From a bacterium (GTDB taxonomy: Bacteria > DRYD01), in assembly GCA_039630415.1 (NCBI GenBank), contig JBCNVB010000018.1, positions 32,001 to 96,000 on the forward strand: a DNA stretch of 64,000 nt, given 5' to 3'. The notes under the pieces were generated by a model. It saw only the letters and a program-made list of their open reading frames with translations, did no database searches and was not told where the DNA came from. Made by a program: the position numbers and the translations under genes. How positions within the stretch are numbered: position 1 is the first letter of the stretch; every line of letters starts with the position of its first letter. This document shows positions 33,995 to 43,838 of this stretch, in pieces.

Positions 33995-34702
33995 TTAGAA
34001 ATCAAATTTTTCTGCTAAATCAAGCAAAATTTTGGTATCTACTTTAAGTGAGGGTGACATAGTTGTTGATAAATAAGCTGTTTCTATGAAGTTTCCTTTA
34101 GCTGATGGTGGTTTTGCTCTTAAAAGTGTCTTTATTGCAGCCAATAGATTTTCATATATTTTTTGTTTTCCGAAGGATATTTTACCGAGTGGGATGTGGT
34201 AGTTACCTAGCTTATCATTTCTTATTTGTATTTTACCTTTTTTTATTTCTTCTACGATTTGTTTTATGTTGTTTCCGACGGTTCCTGCTTTAGGGCTAGG
34301 CATTTTAGGACCTAAAACTTTACCCAATTGTTTTCCTATTATTGGCATCATGTCTAGAGTAGATACTGCTACGTCAAATTTTACTTCTCCTTTTTTGACT
34401 TGTTCTACTAGATCATTTCCTCCCACTATATCTGCTCCTGCTTCTCTTGCTTGATCAGCTAGGTCTCCTTGTGCAAAAACGAGTACTGTAGGTGATTTAC
34501 CTATGCCATGAGGAAGTACTACACTCGTTCTTACTGTTTGGTCAGATTTAGTTGGATCTATTGATAGTTTTCCATGTACTTCAAACATTTCATCAAATTT
34601 ATTATTCCAATTTTCTATTAGGAATTCAATTGCTTGCAAGGGATGATATTTTTTGGTGCGATCTATTTTCTCCGCTACCAGAGAGTATCTTTTACTTGCC
34701 AT
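33995..34702 (-). CDS. rplA: 50S ribosomal protein L1
   Basis: LPHGIG, MPSPKAGTV, STTMSP. Confidence 0.96.
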   Translation of the reverse strand: MASKRYSLVAEKIDRTKKYHPLQAIEFLIENWNNKFDEMFEVHGKLSIDPTKSDQTVRTSVVLPHGIGKSPTVLVFAQGDLADQAREAGADIVGGNDLVEQVKKGEVKFDVAVSTLDMMPIIGKQLGKVLGPKMPSPKAGTVGNNIKQIVEEIKKGKIQIRNDKLGNYHIPLGKISFGKQKIYENLLAAIKTLLRAKPPSAKGNFIETAYLSTTMSPSLKVDTKILLDLAEKFDF

Positions 34703-34713
34703 ATTTATACCTC

Positions 34714-35181
34714 CTATTCTACTACTTCTATTCCCATGTTTTTTGCTTGTCCTGCAATTATTTTAACAGCGGTTTCAAGATTTCGAGTATTTAGATCTGG
34801 TAATTTCATTTTTGCTATTTCAATGAGTTTATCTTTAGTTATTTTTCCTACTTTTTGCCTGTTAGGTTGAGGACTACCACTTTCTATTCCTATAGCTTTT
34901 AGTATCAACGATGAAGTTGGAGGAGTTTTGAGTATGAATTTATAGGTTCTATCGCTGTATACGTAAACTATTGCTGGGACTATATATCCTTGCATTTTAG
35001 CTGTTTGTGCATTGTAGTTTTTACAGAATTCTGCTATATTTAGGCCGTACTGTCCGAGAGCTGGACCCACAGGAGGTGCAGGAGTAGCTTTCCCTGCTTC
35101 AAGATAAAGTGTAAGAGTTGCTACTAGGGTCTTTTGTCCCTTTGGAGCAGCCACCATTTTTTCTTTTGTCTTTACAGCCAT
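34714..35181 (-). CDS. rplK: 50S ribosomal protein L11
   Basis: AGKATPAPPVGPALG, KTPP. Confidence 0.97.
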   Translation of the reverse strand: MAVKTKEKMVAAPKGQKTLVATLTLYLEAGKATPAPPVGPALGQYGLNIAEFCKNYNAQTAKMQGYIVPAIVYVYSDRTYKFILKTPPTSSLILKAIGIESGSPQPNRQKVGKITKDKLIEIAKMKLPDLNTRNLETAVKIIAGQAKNMGIEVVE

Positions 35182-35208
35182 AATACCAACCCCTTCTACT
35201 TAAAACAC

Positions 35209-35793
35209 CTAGTCTATTTTTTCACACTCATTGATATCTATCTCTATAGGAGTTTCCCTACCAAAGATAACTATCGATACTATAGCTTTTCCCTTTTCAT
35301 GGTATATCTTTTCTATTATTCCTTGGCTATCTACGAATGGTCCGTATGTAATTCTTACCCTGTCTCCTACGTTCAATTCAACCCTTTTGGTAGGTATATT
35401 TCCTTCGATGAAAGGTCTTATTTTGTTTATTTCTTCATAAGTTAGTGGTGTTGGTTTATTTTGTGGTCCTACAAAACCAGTTACACCTTGTATACTTTTT
35501 ATAAAACTCCACGTTTCGTTGTCAAGTATCATTTCTATAAAGACATATCCTGGAAAAACTCTTCTTTTTATTTCTTTTTGTTTTCCCGCTTTGACTCTTA
35601 TTTCCTTTTCAAGAGGCACTACCAAGCGGAATATTTTTTTGTCTAGTCCCAAATTACGTGCTTTCATTTCTATAGTATTTTTTACTTCTTCTTCCATACC
35701 TGATAGAGTGTGGACTATGTACCACTCTGCTTCGGGATGTAACTTAAATCTATCTTCTTCTATAATTTCACTTTCTTCTCTTTTTTCTTCCAT
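35209..35793 (-). CDS. nusG: Transcription factor NusG
   Basis: WYIVHTLSG, FPGYVF, KOW domain, IFGRETP. Confidence 0.96.
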   Translation of the reverse strand: MEEKREESEIIEEDRFKLHPEAEWYIVHTLSGMEEEVKNTIEMKARNLGLDKKIFRLVVPLEKEIRVKAGKQKEIKRRVFPGYVFIEMILDNETWSFIKSIQGVTGFVGPQNKPTPLTYEEINKIRPFIEGNIPTKRVELNVGDRVRITYGPFVDSQGIIEKIYHEKGKAIVSIVIFGRETPIEIDINECEKID

Positions 35794-35815
35794 ATCTTTC
35801 TCTCCCTTGTAGAAT

Positions 35816-36004
35816 TTAGAGATTGATTCTGAGTACGTATTTAAATATTCCCTTTAGTATTAGGTCTATTACTTCCATATATAGGGATGCGAATAAGACT
35901 ATTAGTGCAATTGATTTAGTTGCGTTTATTACAGCTTGCTTATCAGGGTATGTTATTTTACCTATTTCTTCTTTTATTCCTTGTAAGAATGATATTATAT
36001 TCAT
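35816..36004 (-). CDS. secE: Preprotein translocase SecE
   Basis: EIGKITYP plus one TM; canonical position. Confidence 0.88.
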   Translation of the reverse strand: MNIISFLQGIKEEIGKITYPDKQAVINATKSIALIVLFASLYMEVIDLILKGIFKYVLRINL

Positions 36005-36008
36005 GGAC

Positions 36009-36173
36009 TCATTTTACTTCTGTATGTTCTACGTGTGTTTTACATTTCGCGCAGTATTTTCTGAGTTTTAGTTTTTGGGTTGTTTTAACTCTATTTTTTG
36101 ATGTTACATAGTTTTTGCTTTTACATTTGGTACAGGCTAGGAAGATTATTACTCTGTTTCCTTTGGAGGCCAT
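36009..36173 (-). CDS. rpmG: 50S ribosomal protein L33 (Zn-ribbon type, 54 aa)
   Basis: Below the ORF-track cutoff; hand translation MASKGNRVIIFLACTKCKSKNYVTSKNR...RKYCAKCKTHVEHTEVK. Confidence 0.95.
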   Translation of the reverse strand: MASKGNRVIIFLACTKCKSKNYVTSKNRVKTTQKLKLRKYCAKCKTHVEHTEVK

Positions 36174-36195
36174 AAATATCACCTTTGGATTATCC

Positions 36196-37392
36196 TTAGC
36201 CTATTAATTCGGTTACTACTCCGGCTCCTATAGTTTTTCCACCTTCTCTTATTGCAAACCTTTGTCCTTTTTCAAGTACCACTGGTTGGATTAGTTCTAC
36301 TTCAAATTCTACATTATCTCCTGGCATTACCATTTGTACATTTTCTGGAAGCTTGATAGTACCTGTTATGTCAGCTGTTCTGACGTAGAATTGGGGTCTA
36401 TATCCTGTAGTAAATGGTTTTTGTCTTCCTCCTTCTTCTTTGGATAATACATAAACATTGGCTTTGAATTTTGTGTATGATTTTACTGAGTTTGGAATTG
36501 CTACAACTTGTCCTCTTTCAACTTCATCCTTACCTACTCCTCTAAGGAGTAGTCCTACGTTGTCACCTGGTAGAGCTTCGTCCAATATTTTTCTAAACAT
36601 TTCTATACTTGTTACTACAGTTTTGACAGGGTCTCTTCTTAGACCAATTATTTCGACTTCTGTATTAGGTAGGAGTTTACCTCTTTCAACCCTACCTGTT
36701 ACAACAGTTCCTCTACCGGTTATACTGAAAACATCTTCTATTGGCATAAGGAAAGGCTTATCTACTTCTCTGGGGGGTTCTTCAAAATAGTCATCCATAG
36801 CTTTGACCAGATCCAGGATTTTTTGGGTCCATTCATTTTCTTGATCTGCTTCCATAGCTTTTAGAGCACTTCCTCTTATAACAGGGGTATTATCTCCATC
36901 AAAACCATACTTAGACAAGAGATCCCTTACTTCCATCTCAACTAGGTCTACCAGTTCATTATCAACAGAAGGATCATCTATTTTGTTGATAAAAACTATG
37001 ATTTTGGGTACACCTACTTGTCTTGCGAGTAGTACGTGTTCTCTTGTTTGTGGCATTGGTCCGTCGGTAGCTGCTACTACTAAGATAGCTCCGTCCATTT
37101 GAGCAGCACCTGTTATCATGTTTTTTATGTAGTCCACGTGTCCTGGGCAGTCTACGTGTGCATAGTGTCTTTTATCACTTTCATATTCGACATGAGCTAT
37201 ATTTATTGTAATACCTCTTGCCTTTTCCTCAGGCGCTTTATCTATTTGATCATATGCCATGTATTGAGCCAGTTTTTTCATTGCTAACACTTTAGTTATA
37301 GCAGATGTTAATGTTGTTTTTCCGTGGTCTATATGACCTATTGTTCCTACGTTTAGGTGTGGTTTTGTTCTTACAAATTTTGATTTTGCCAC
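36196..37392 (-). CDS. tuf: Elongation factor Tu
   Basis: [18 protein letters not shown]. Confidence 0.98.
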   Translation of the reverse strand: MAKSKFVRTKPHLNVGTIGHIDHGKTTLTSAITKVLAMKKLAQYMAYDQIDKAPEEKARGITINIAHVEYESDKRHYAHVDCPGHVDYIKNMITGAAQMDGAILVVAATDGPMPQTREHVLLARQVGVPKIIVFINKIDDPSVDNELVDLVEMEVRDLLSKYGFDGDNTPVIRGSALKAMEADQENEWTQKILDLVKAMDDYFEEPPREVDKPFLMPIEDVFSITGRGTVVTGRVERGKLLPNTEVEIIGLRRDPVKTVVTSIEMFRKILDEALPGDNVGLLLRGVGKDEVERGQVVAIPNSVKSYTKFKANVYVLSKEEGGRQKPFTTGYRPQFYVRTADITGTIKLPENVQMVMPGDNVEFEVELIQPVVLEKGQRFAIREGGKTIGAGVVTELIG

Positions 37393-37448
37393 CTTTTATC
37401 CCTCCTTCTCAAATCAATTTCAATATTCATATTCTTCAGAAAAACAAT

Positions 37449-38816
37449 CTATCCTTCTCTATTGTACTTATCACTTATTCTAACTATGTCTTTTTCTGAT
37501 AGGATTTCACCTAATTGAATTTCTAGAATTTCCATACTCTCATCTGAATCATTTATAGCTTTATGAATAGTTCCTTTGGGAATGTATATGAAATCTCCTC
37601 TCTTTATTGTTCTTTGTTGATTATTTATGATTATTCTTCCATATCCCTTGATAACGACCCAGTATTCATCCCTATGTTGATGATACTGAAGAGAAATTTC
37701 TTGATGAGGATAGATTGTTATATTTTTTATTCTGTAGTTTTGTTCATTATTTTCTATTTCCCTATAGAATCCCCAAGGTCTAAAATCAAACGTATTAAAA
37801 TCTTTTTGTTCTTGTGAAATTTGATCAAGTAAGTAAGATATGTTTTTTGATTTTCCCTTTTTGGATATCAACTGAAAATCTTTAGTATCTACAATTACGA
37901 CGTCCTTTACATTTATTAAGCAATACTTTTTAGGTGATTTCACTTCAAATTCATCCAAAATTATGTTAGCTTTAGAGTTTACTGCTATAAGTTTCTCTAT
38001 ATCATGATTGGATATTTTTGTTATTTCTTCAAAACTGCCTAGATCTGACCAACCAAAAGTAGATTTCAATACATACAGATTTTTTGTTTTTTGGCTGTAT
38101 AGATAGTCTATAGATATCGATGGAAAATAATTAGACTTATCAATCAATGATTTCAAATTATTGAATTCCTTTAGGTGTGAATTAACCAAGAAAAAATCTT
38201 CCAAAAAGAAAGAAGATTTAAAAGCATATATTCCTGAGTTCCACAAGTAACTGCCAGTTTTCAGATAGTACCTGGCTTTTGATTTATTAGGTTTTTCCAC
38301 AAATTTGTGAACTTGGAATAGATCTTCATCTACCATTTCGCCTTTCTTTATGTAACCGTACTCGGTAGATGGAAAGCTAGGTTTAACACCAATTATGAAA
38401 GTTTTATCGAATTTTTGCATAAAACTAACTAATTTGGCTATTGAATTATCGAACTCCTGGTGATTTAAAATATAATGGTCACTTGGGAAAAATACAAAGG
38501 AACTTTCTTTTACACCAAACTTTTCAAACGATTGATATATCCCAAGTAGTATAGCATAGGCAGTATTCTTAGGTTCTTCCTCCAAAATTATATCCTGCCC
38601 TATATCCGGAATGTCTCGTAGTACCAAATATAGATGTCTTTTATTTGCAACCACAAGTATTTTGTCAAATATACCTAATGTTTTTATCCTTTGGTAAGTT
38701 AACTCAAGTAGACTTTTACCATCAAATATTTTTACAAATTGTTTTGGATAATTAGTTCGAGATAAAGGAAATAATCTTTTGCCAAAACCTCCACAAAGTA
38801 TAACCGCTATTTTCAT
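37449..38816 (-). CDS. manC: Mannose-1-phosphate guanylyltransferase / mannose-6-phosphate isomerase
   Basis: LCGGFGKRLFPLSR..YPKQF, FVEKP, WNSG, WSDLG; cupin RPWG..SLQYHQHRDEYW. Confidence 0.9.
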   Translation of the reverse strand: MKIAVILCGGFGKRLFPLSRTNYPKQFVKIFDGKSLLELTYQRIKTLGIFDKILVVANKRHLYLVLRDIPDIGQDIILEEEPKNTAYAILLGIYQSFEKFGVKESSFVFFPSDHYILNHQEFDNSIAKLVSFMQKFDKTFIIGVKPSFPSTEYGYIKKGEMVDEDLFQVHKFVEKPNKSKARYYLKTGSYLWNSGIYAFKSSFFLEDFFLVNSHLKEFNNLKSLIDKSNYFPSISIDYLYSQKTKNLYVLKSTFGWSDLGSFEEITKISNHDIEKLIAVNSKANIILDEFEVKSPKKYCLINVKDVVIVDTKDFQLISKKGKSKNISYLLDQISQEQKDFNTFDFRPWGFYREIENNEQNYRIKNITIYPHQEISLQYHQHRDEYWVVIKGYGRIIINNQQRTIKRGDFIYIPKGTIHKAINDSDESMEILEIQLGEILSEKDIVRISDKYNREG

Positions 38817-38835
38817 ACAAACCTACTCATTTACT

Positions 38836-39246
38836 TTAAACATCTAGTACTATCCTTCCATAATACCTATCCAAATCTATTTCCATGTTGTGATATGTTG
38901 GAGCTTTTAAGTATGAAACAAATTTTTGAATCTCAATTACCTTAGCTTTGAAAATAGCCTTTCCTTGATGAATTTGTAAATCTTCTACTAATCTTATAAC
39001 TTTCCTTTTTACTTCAACAAAATATATAAACCTGCTTATGAAGTTATACACCAATTCATCGTAGCTTTGATATTTGATCGTGAAAGTTTGTTTTCTCATT
39101 TTCTCTACATTTTTTAGAAATTTCTCGTTTTTTGATGTAAATAAGCTCCATAACGCTTCCAACAAATCATTAAAAAACTCGTGGATTGAATTACTTTGAA
39201 TAACTACCATTACATCAGCTGTATGATCTTGGAATGTGTATGGCAT
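38836..39246 (-). CDS. Archease
   Basis: DHTAD at the N-terminus, KAPTYH, C-terminal LDV. Confidence 0.9.
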   Translation of the reverse strand: MPYTFQDHTADVMVVIQSNSIHEFFNDLLEALWSLFTSKNEKFLKNVEKMRKQTFTIKYQSYDELVYNFISRFIYFVEVKRKVIRLVEDLQIHQGKAIFKAKVIEIQKFVSYLKAPTYHNMEIDLDRYYGRIVLDV

Positions 39247-40745
39247 TATTTTTTAGCTAGGTTACTATTTTTGTAGCCGTATAGGAAGTATATTGATAGA
39301 CCTATAGCTGTCCATATTAGTAGTCTTATCCATGTGTCTGGTGGTAAAAATACCATTTGAAGGAAACAAGCCAAGGCACCTAAAGGAGCAAGGACATATA
39401 CTAAAGGCATTTTGAAAGGCCTATTTATGTCAGGTCTTTTTATTCTAAGAATTAGTACAGCTATACATACTATGCTAAATGCGAGAAGAGTTCCGATAGA
39501 AACAAGCTCTCCTAGAACACTTATGGGGAATATTGCAGCTATTCCCATCGCTACAAGAGTAACTACTATGGTAGATACGTGTGGTGTTTTGAATTTGGGA
39601 TGAACTTTTGAGAAGGCTGGTGGTATAAGTCCATCTCTAGCCATAGCAAAAAAAATTCTGGTTTGACCTAGGAGAGTCATTAAAATAACTGATGTTAGTC
39701 CAGCAATAGCTCCTAGTTTAACAACCAATATCAACCATTCAAACCCCGCTCCCATAGCATTTACAGCTACAGCTATGGGTGCAGGAACTTGTAACTGACT
39801 ATAATGCACCACACCTGTTAAAACTAAAGCCACAGAAATATACAAAATGGTAGATATAAACAAAGACCCCAGTATTCCTACAGGTATATCTCTTTGTGGG
39901 TTTTTAGCTTCTTGCGCGGCAGTAGAGACCGCATCAAAACCTATGTAAGCAAAAAATACCACACCAGCTGCCCTCAAAATTCCAGCCCATCCATACTCGC
40001 CAAAATCATCACCAGCAGGAGGTATAAAAGGATCCCAATTGCTAAAATCAACTTTACCAAATCCAATTATCACAAATAAAATCAATACAGTCACTTTAAT
40101 TATGACAATTATATTATTAACCAAAGCAGATTCGCTTATTCCTATTAGTAGGATTACACCTACGATAAACACAATCATAACTGCAGGTAGGTTTATATAG
40201 CTTCCAGTAAGATGGAGTCCCAAGTATTTTTCAATAAAGCTCAGTTCTTTTCCAGCTTCTATTATTTTTCTTTTTTCATCCGGTGAAAGGACATCAACAG
40301 GAGCATTAGTAAATTCAGGTGGTATATGTATATTAAATTGTTTTAGTAAATCTATGACGTATCCAGACCATCCAACTGCCACAGTAGAGCCTGCGATAAG
40401 GTATTCTAGTACTAGGTTCCAGGCAATAAACCAAGCCCAGAATTCCCCTAAGGTAGCATAGGCATAAGTGTAGGCACTTCCAGCTATGGGAACCATAGCT
40501 GCAAATTCTGCATAAGCTAACCCAGCTAGAGCACAGGCTATACCAGATATGATAAAAGAGATTGCCACTGCAGGACCCGCGTAGGAAGCTGCCGCATGAC
40601 CAGTTATAACAAATATACCAGCTCCTATAATTGCACCCAAGCCTAGCGATATTAATGCTAATGGACCCAGTGCTCTTTTTAACTGAGGACCTTGCTCCAG
40701 ATCACTTAAAAATTCTTCAACACTCTTTTTCCTTAGTAAATTCAT
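39246..40745 (-). CDS. APC-family amino acid permease
   Basis: GAIIGAGIF, YAEFA..VP.AGSAY, FFAYIGFD, AMARDGL. Confidence 0.93.
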   Translation of the reverse strand: MNLLRKKSVEEFLSDLEQGPQLKRALGPLALISLGLGAIIGAGIFVITGHAAASYAGPAVAISFIISGIACALAGLAYAEFAAMVPIAGSAYTYAYATLGEFWAWFIAWNLVLEYLIAGSTVAVGWSGYVIDLLKQFNIHIPPEFTNAPVDVLSPDEKRKIIEAGKELSFIEKYLGLHLTGSYINLPAVMIVFIVGVILLIGISESALVNNIIVIIKVTVLILFVIIGFGKVDFSNWDPFIPPAGDDFGEYGWAGILRAAGVVFFAYIGFDAVSTAAQEAKNPQRDIPVGILGSLFISTILYISVALVLTGVVHYSQLQVPAPIAVAVNAMGAGFEWLILVVKLGAIAGLTSVILMTLLGQTRIFFAMARDGLIPPAFSKVHPKFKTPHVSTIVVTLVAMGIAAIFPISVLGELVSIGTLLAFSIVCIAVLILRIKRPDINRPFKMPLVYVLAPLGALACFLQMVFLPPDTWIRLLIWTAIGLSIYFLYGYKNSNLAKK

Positions 40746-41038
40746 AGATAATACCCCCTGTCATACTCAAACATAAATTCCGGAACTCTTTTTAATGATA
40801 ATCTCCTAAAAAGATCCTTTCTTATTTTTCTCGAATTTCTATTCAAAAATTCTTCCACCTCAAATCCTTGCTTAAAATTTTCAGATACACTAACAAACAT
40901 AAACTTGACTTTTTTTAGATCAGGAGAAATAAGAACTCTGGTTATCTGAACATCACTTAAATTTAAATCGCTATGAAGGTAGACTCCTACTTCCTTATGT
41001 AGTAAGCTTCTTATTTTTTCTATCCTTTCATTTTTCAT
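40742..41038 (-). CDS. rbfA: Ribosome-binding factor A
   Basis: ITRVLISPDL, LKRVPEFMFEYD. Confidence 0.85.
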   Translation of the reverse strand: MKNERIEKIRSLLHKEVGVYLHSDLNLSDVQITRVLISPDLKKVKFMFVSVSENFKQGFEVEEFLNRNSRKIRKDLFRRLSLKRVPEFMFEYDRGYYL

Positions 41039-41400
41039 TGTGATTTTATAGATTGAATTATCTCTTTTAAGTATTCAGCATTTTTACCAACAAATTTGAT
41101 AACAAAATAGTTTGGTTTGAATAAAATTATTAAAACTTTGTTATTATCTTGATAATCATCAGCAATAATAGAAAAGTCATTTGTATTCAGGATAAGAGTT
41201 ATAAGGTCAGATTTTGTTCTTGTTGCTTCATAACTTTTAAGAGTTTTTATCACAGCAGAACAAATTTGATTTACCTCTTCTACAGCCTTATCAGCTTTAA
41301 AATAGTACTCTATAAAAATTTCTTTTTCTCTGTCTGCTATTATTAGTCCCATTATGTCATCAGAATTGTTTACGAACTTTTTAATGGTTTCTGGGTTCAT
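41035..41400 (-). CDS. Hypothetical protein, possibly roadblock/LC7-like
   Basis: IMGLIIADRE pattern and 121-aa size. Confidence 0.5.
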   Translation of the reverse strand: MNPETIKKFVNNSDDIMGLIIADREKEIFIEYYFKADKAVEEVNQICSAVIKTLKSYEATRTKSDLITLILNTNDFSIIADDYQDNNKVLIILFKPNYFVIKFVGKNAEYLKEIIQSIKSQ

Positions 41401-41460
41401 GTATATTTTCCCTCCTGTACCAAAGCAAATTTACCTAACTAAGCTTATTCTTCAAAAGTA

Positions 41461-41739
41461 TCATTTATCCTTCTTTGTTGGTTTAATGAAATGTTTGGAA
41501 AAAAATAGTATAGTTCCACTTATTGATAGTCCTATGAGGGCTATACCAACAACAATGACCCAATATTTTAAGATACCCCATTCCCAAGTATGTAAAGTAA
41601 AGAAAAACTCCTTGATATCTTTGGGTATCTGATTTCTAAAAACTAGTATTATGCCACTAATAGCACTTGTAATAAAAAAAATAGCAAATGTTATACCTGT
41701 ATAGGCATGAATTTTTCTGATCCAACTTAATAATTTCAT
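41461..41739 (-). CDS. Small PepSY-associated TM helix protein
   Basis: RKIHAYTG, SGIIL, LHTW; two TMs. Confidence 0.7.
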   Translation of the reverse strand: MKLLSWIRKIHAYTGITFAIFFITSAISGIILVFRNQIPKDIKEFFFTLHTWEWGILKYWVIVVGIALIGLSISGTILFFSKHFIKPTKKDK

Positions 41740-41773
41740 TTGATATAATTCTTCTTACTTTTATTTTTCCCTA

Positions 41774-42790
41774 TTAAGTATAGATCCAATACAAGAGGGA
41801 TAAAAAATTTAGTAAAGAATGGCAGAAGACAGTTGGAACTATACTTGCATATCGTATATAAACAATTCCTAAAAATACGCCAATTGCTCCAATAAGTAAA
41901 CTCACATATATATCCTGGAAATGAACAATTGAAAAAATAAATGAACTAATCAGAATAGAAAAAACTTTACTCATGAAATTGCTAAGCATATCTATTAAGT
42001 GTTTTCTAAAGATTATCTCCTCAATAAGTGGAACGACAATAACAAGGGTTACTAGGTACAAAACCATTTCATAAAATGTTGAATATCTTACGTATACGAC
42101 GATAAAACTATTGTCATAGTTTTTGGAAATTCCCATAGAAACTGCCAACGATAATACAAATATAAAAGCACAGGATAAAATTAAGCCCAGTATTGTTTTG
42201 GTATTTGAATTAAGAAAACGTAAAAATGATACAAAAAACATATAAAAATCAAACTTTTTTGTAGCATGAAGCAAGAAAAATACAGTCATAGGTGCTAAAA
42301 TCAAAGCAGTTCCGAATATAATAGACTTCCCAACGGATACGTTAAAACCAATCATTTCTTGTTCTATAAATGTCAGATAAATTTTCAGACCAATAAACTG
42401 AAAACAAACCTGTAAAAAGTAGTATATAAAGAAAATAGCATAAAAATTATCACTTCGATAATTTAGATTACTTGAATTACTAAGTTTAGGTCTGAATATA
42501 TACTTGCCTGAATATGTTAAAAACACGAAAATACATCCTAGTGTTATAATAAACAAGAAGAAGAGCCTCTTATCGTTAGAATTATCAAATTTAATACTCT
42601 GGTAGTAGTCAACCAATAATTTTGGATTGTATAATATTTCTTGTAATTCAAAACTTTCGTATTGGTAATCAGATTGATACAGGTTAAGTACATATAATAC
42701 CAGCAATATACCAATAAAAAGTGCTAGGACTATACGTTGCTTATAATTACTTAAGATATTTTTCAGTATGCGAAAAAACATAGTTAGCAA
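41774..42790 (-). CDS. CPBP (CAAX protease/Abi-like) intramembrane protease
   Basis: PLIEEIIFR, FSIVH, HSLLN. Confidence 0.85.
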   Translation of the reverse strand: MLTMFFRILKNILSNYKQRIVLALFIGILLVLYVLNLYQSDYQYESFELQEILYNPKLLVDYYQSIKFDNSNDKRLFFLFIITLGCIFVFLTYSGKYIFRPKLSNSSNLNYRSDNFYAIFFIYYFLQVCFQFIGLKIYLTFIEQEMIGFNVSVGKSIIFGTALILAPMTVFFLLHATKKFDFYMFFVSFLRFLNSNTKTILGLILSCAFIFVLSLAVSMGISKNYDNSFIVVYVRYSTFYEMVLYLVTLVIVVPLIEEIIFRKHLIDMLSNFMSKVFSILISSFIFSIVHFQDIYVSLLIGAIGVFLGIVYIRYASIVPTVFCHSLLNFLSLLYWIYT

Positions 42791-43838
42791 ATTCTACGGG
42801 ATCAGTATATTGATACTCAAACATTCCAAGTTCATTAAAAATATCTAACTTAATTATATCCACATTTTTCGATAGTGGTTTCCATCTTTTAACGTCAAAA
42901 TCAAAATATCTGTTTGCAAATATAGCTATTAAATTAACATTAAAAGCAGAAGCTATATGCATTATTCCACTATCAAAACATATTAAGCATCTACAATCCT
43001 TTATCATATTCATCATTTCCATAAATTCAGGATGTATAGCGTTATGAATTTTTCTGGGACTAATAAATGCAACTTTTAAGCTGGTATAACTTTTTTTGGA
43101 AAGCTCTTGTATTTTCTGAATCAGGTAACTTACAAACCTAGTTAGCCAAACTTTACCTTCTTCGTTATAGAAAAACATTTCTTTATCAAAAATTAATACA
43201 TCGTACTTTTCAAAAGATACATTAGGTACAACTAGGTTTGTCAAACCAGTAAAGTTTTGTACCAAAAACTCTAAATCTTCTTTAAATAGAGCAGAATTTT
43301 GATAACTAATATCTAAATCCAATTTAACTACCTCTATATTTTGAAATACTTCATGCCTTACCTTTGATAAATCATCAATTTGGGATTTATCAACTTCGTC
43401 AATATAGTAAGTATAATTGTGAGAGAAAAAAAAGCGATTTATTCTAGTTTGGTAGAAGTATGTATATTTTTTAGATGCTTTAAGTTTAGATCCAAGCAAA
43501 TAGCTTACAGTAGTTGGACTAAATACAAAAACTTTTTCAAACCCAGTACTATCTCTAAAAAACAGAATTTTCAGGTAATTAAGTACATCATTCAAAAAGT
43601 TATGCCCTTTCAAATTCCTATAAAACAAGTTTACTGGAATAATTTGAATAGAATCAAAATAGGGGTGTATAATTTTAGAATCGTATACGAACAAACGGGA
43701 ATTATGGGGATTAAATATTCCAACTACTTGGTAATCCCTATAGTGATCTCTTATTATTTTTATAGCTGGAAGGGTTAAGATAGTATCCCCAATCCTATCT
43801 AATCTTACTACAGCTATTTTTGGTTTATTCTGTTGCAT
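42747..43838 (-). CDS. GT9 (heptosyltransferase-like) glycosyltransferase
   Basis: RLDRIGDTILTLP, DSGIMHIASA. Confidence 0.85.
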   Translation of the reverse strand: MQQNKPKIAVVRLDRIGDTILTLPAIKIIRDHYRDYQVVGIFNPHNSRLFVYDSKIIHPYFDSIQIIPVNLFYRNLKGHNFLNDVLNYLKILFFRDSTGFEKVFVFSPTTVSYLLGSKLKASKKYTYFYQTRINRFFFSHNYTYYIDEVDKSQIDDLSKVRHEVFQNIEVVKLDLDISYQNSALFKEDLEFLVQNFTGLTNLVVPNVSFEKYDVLIFDKEMFFYNEEGKVWLTRFVSYLIQKIQELSKKSYTSLKVAFISPRKIHNAIHPEFMEMMNMIKDCRCLICFDSGIMHIASAFNVNLIAIFANRYFDFDVKRWKPLSKNVDIIKLDIFNELGMFEYQYTDPVEFANYVFSHTEKYLK

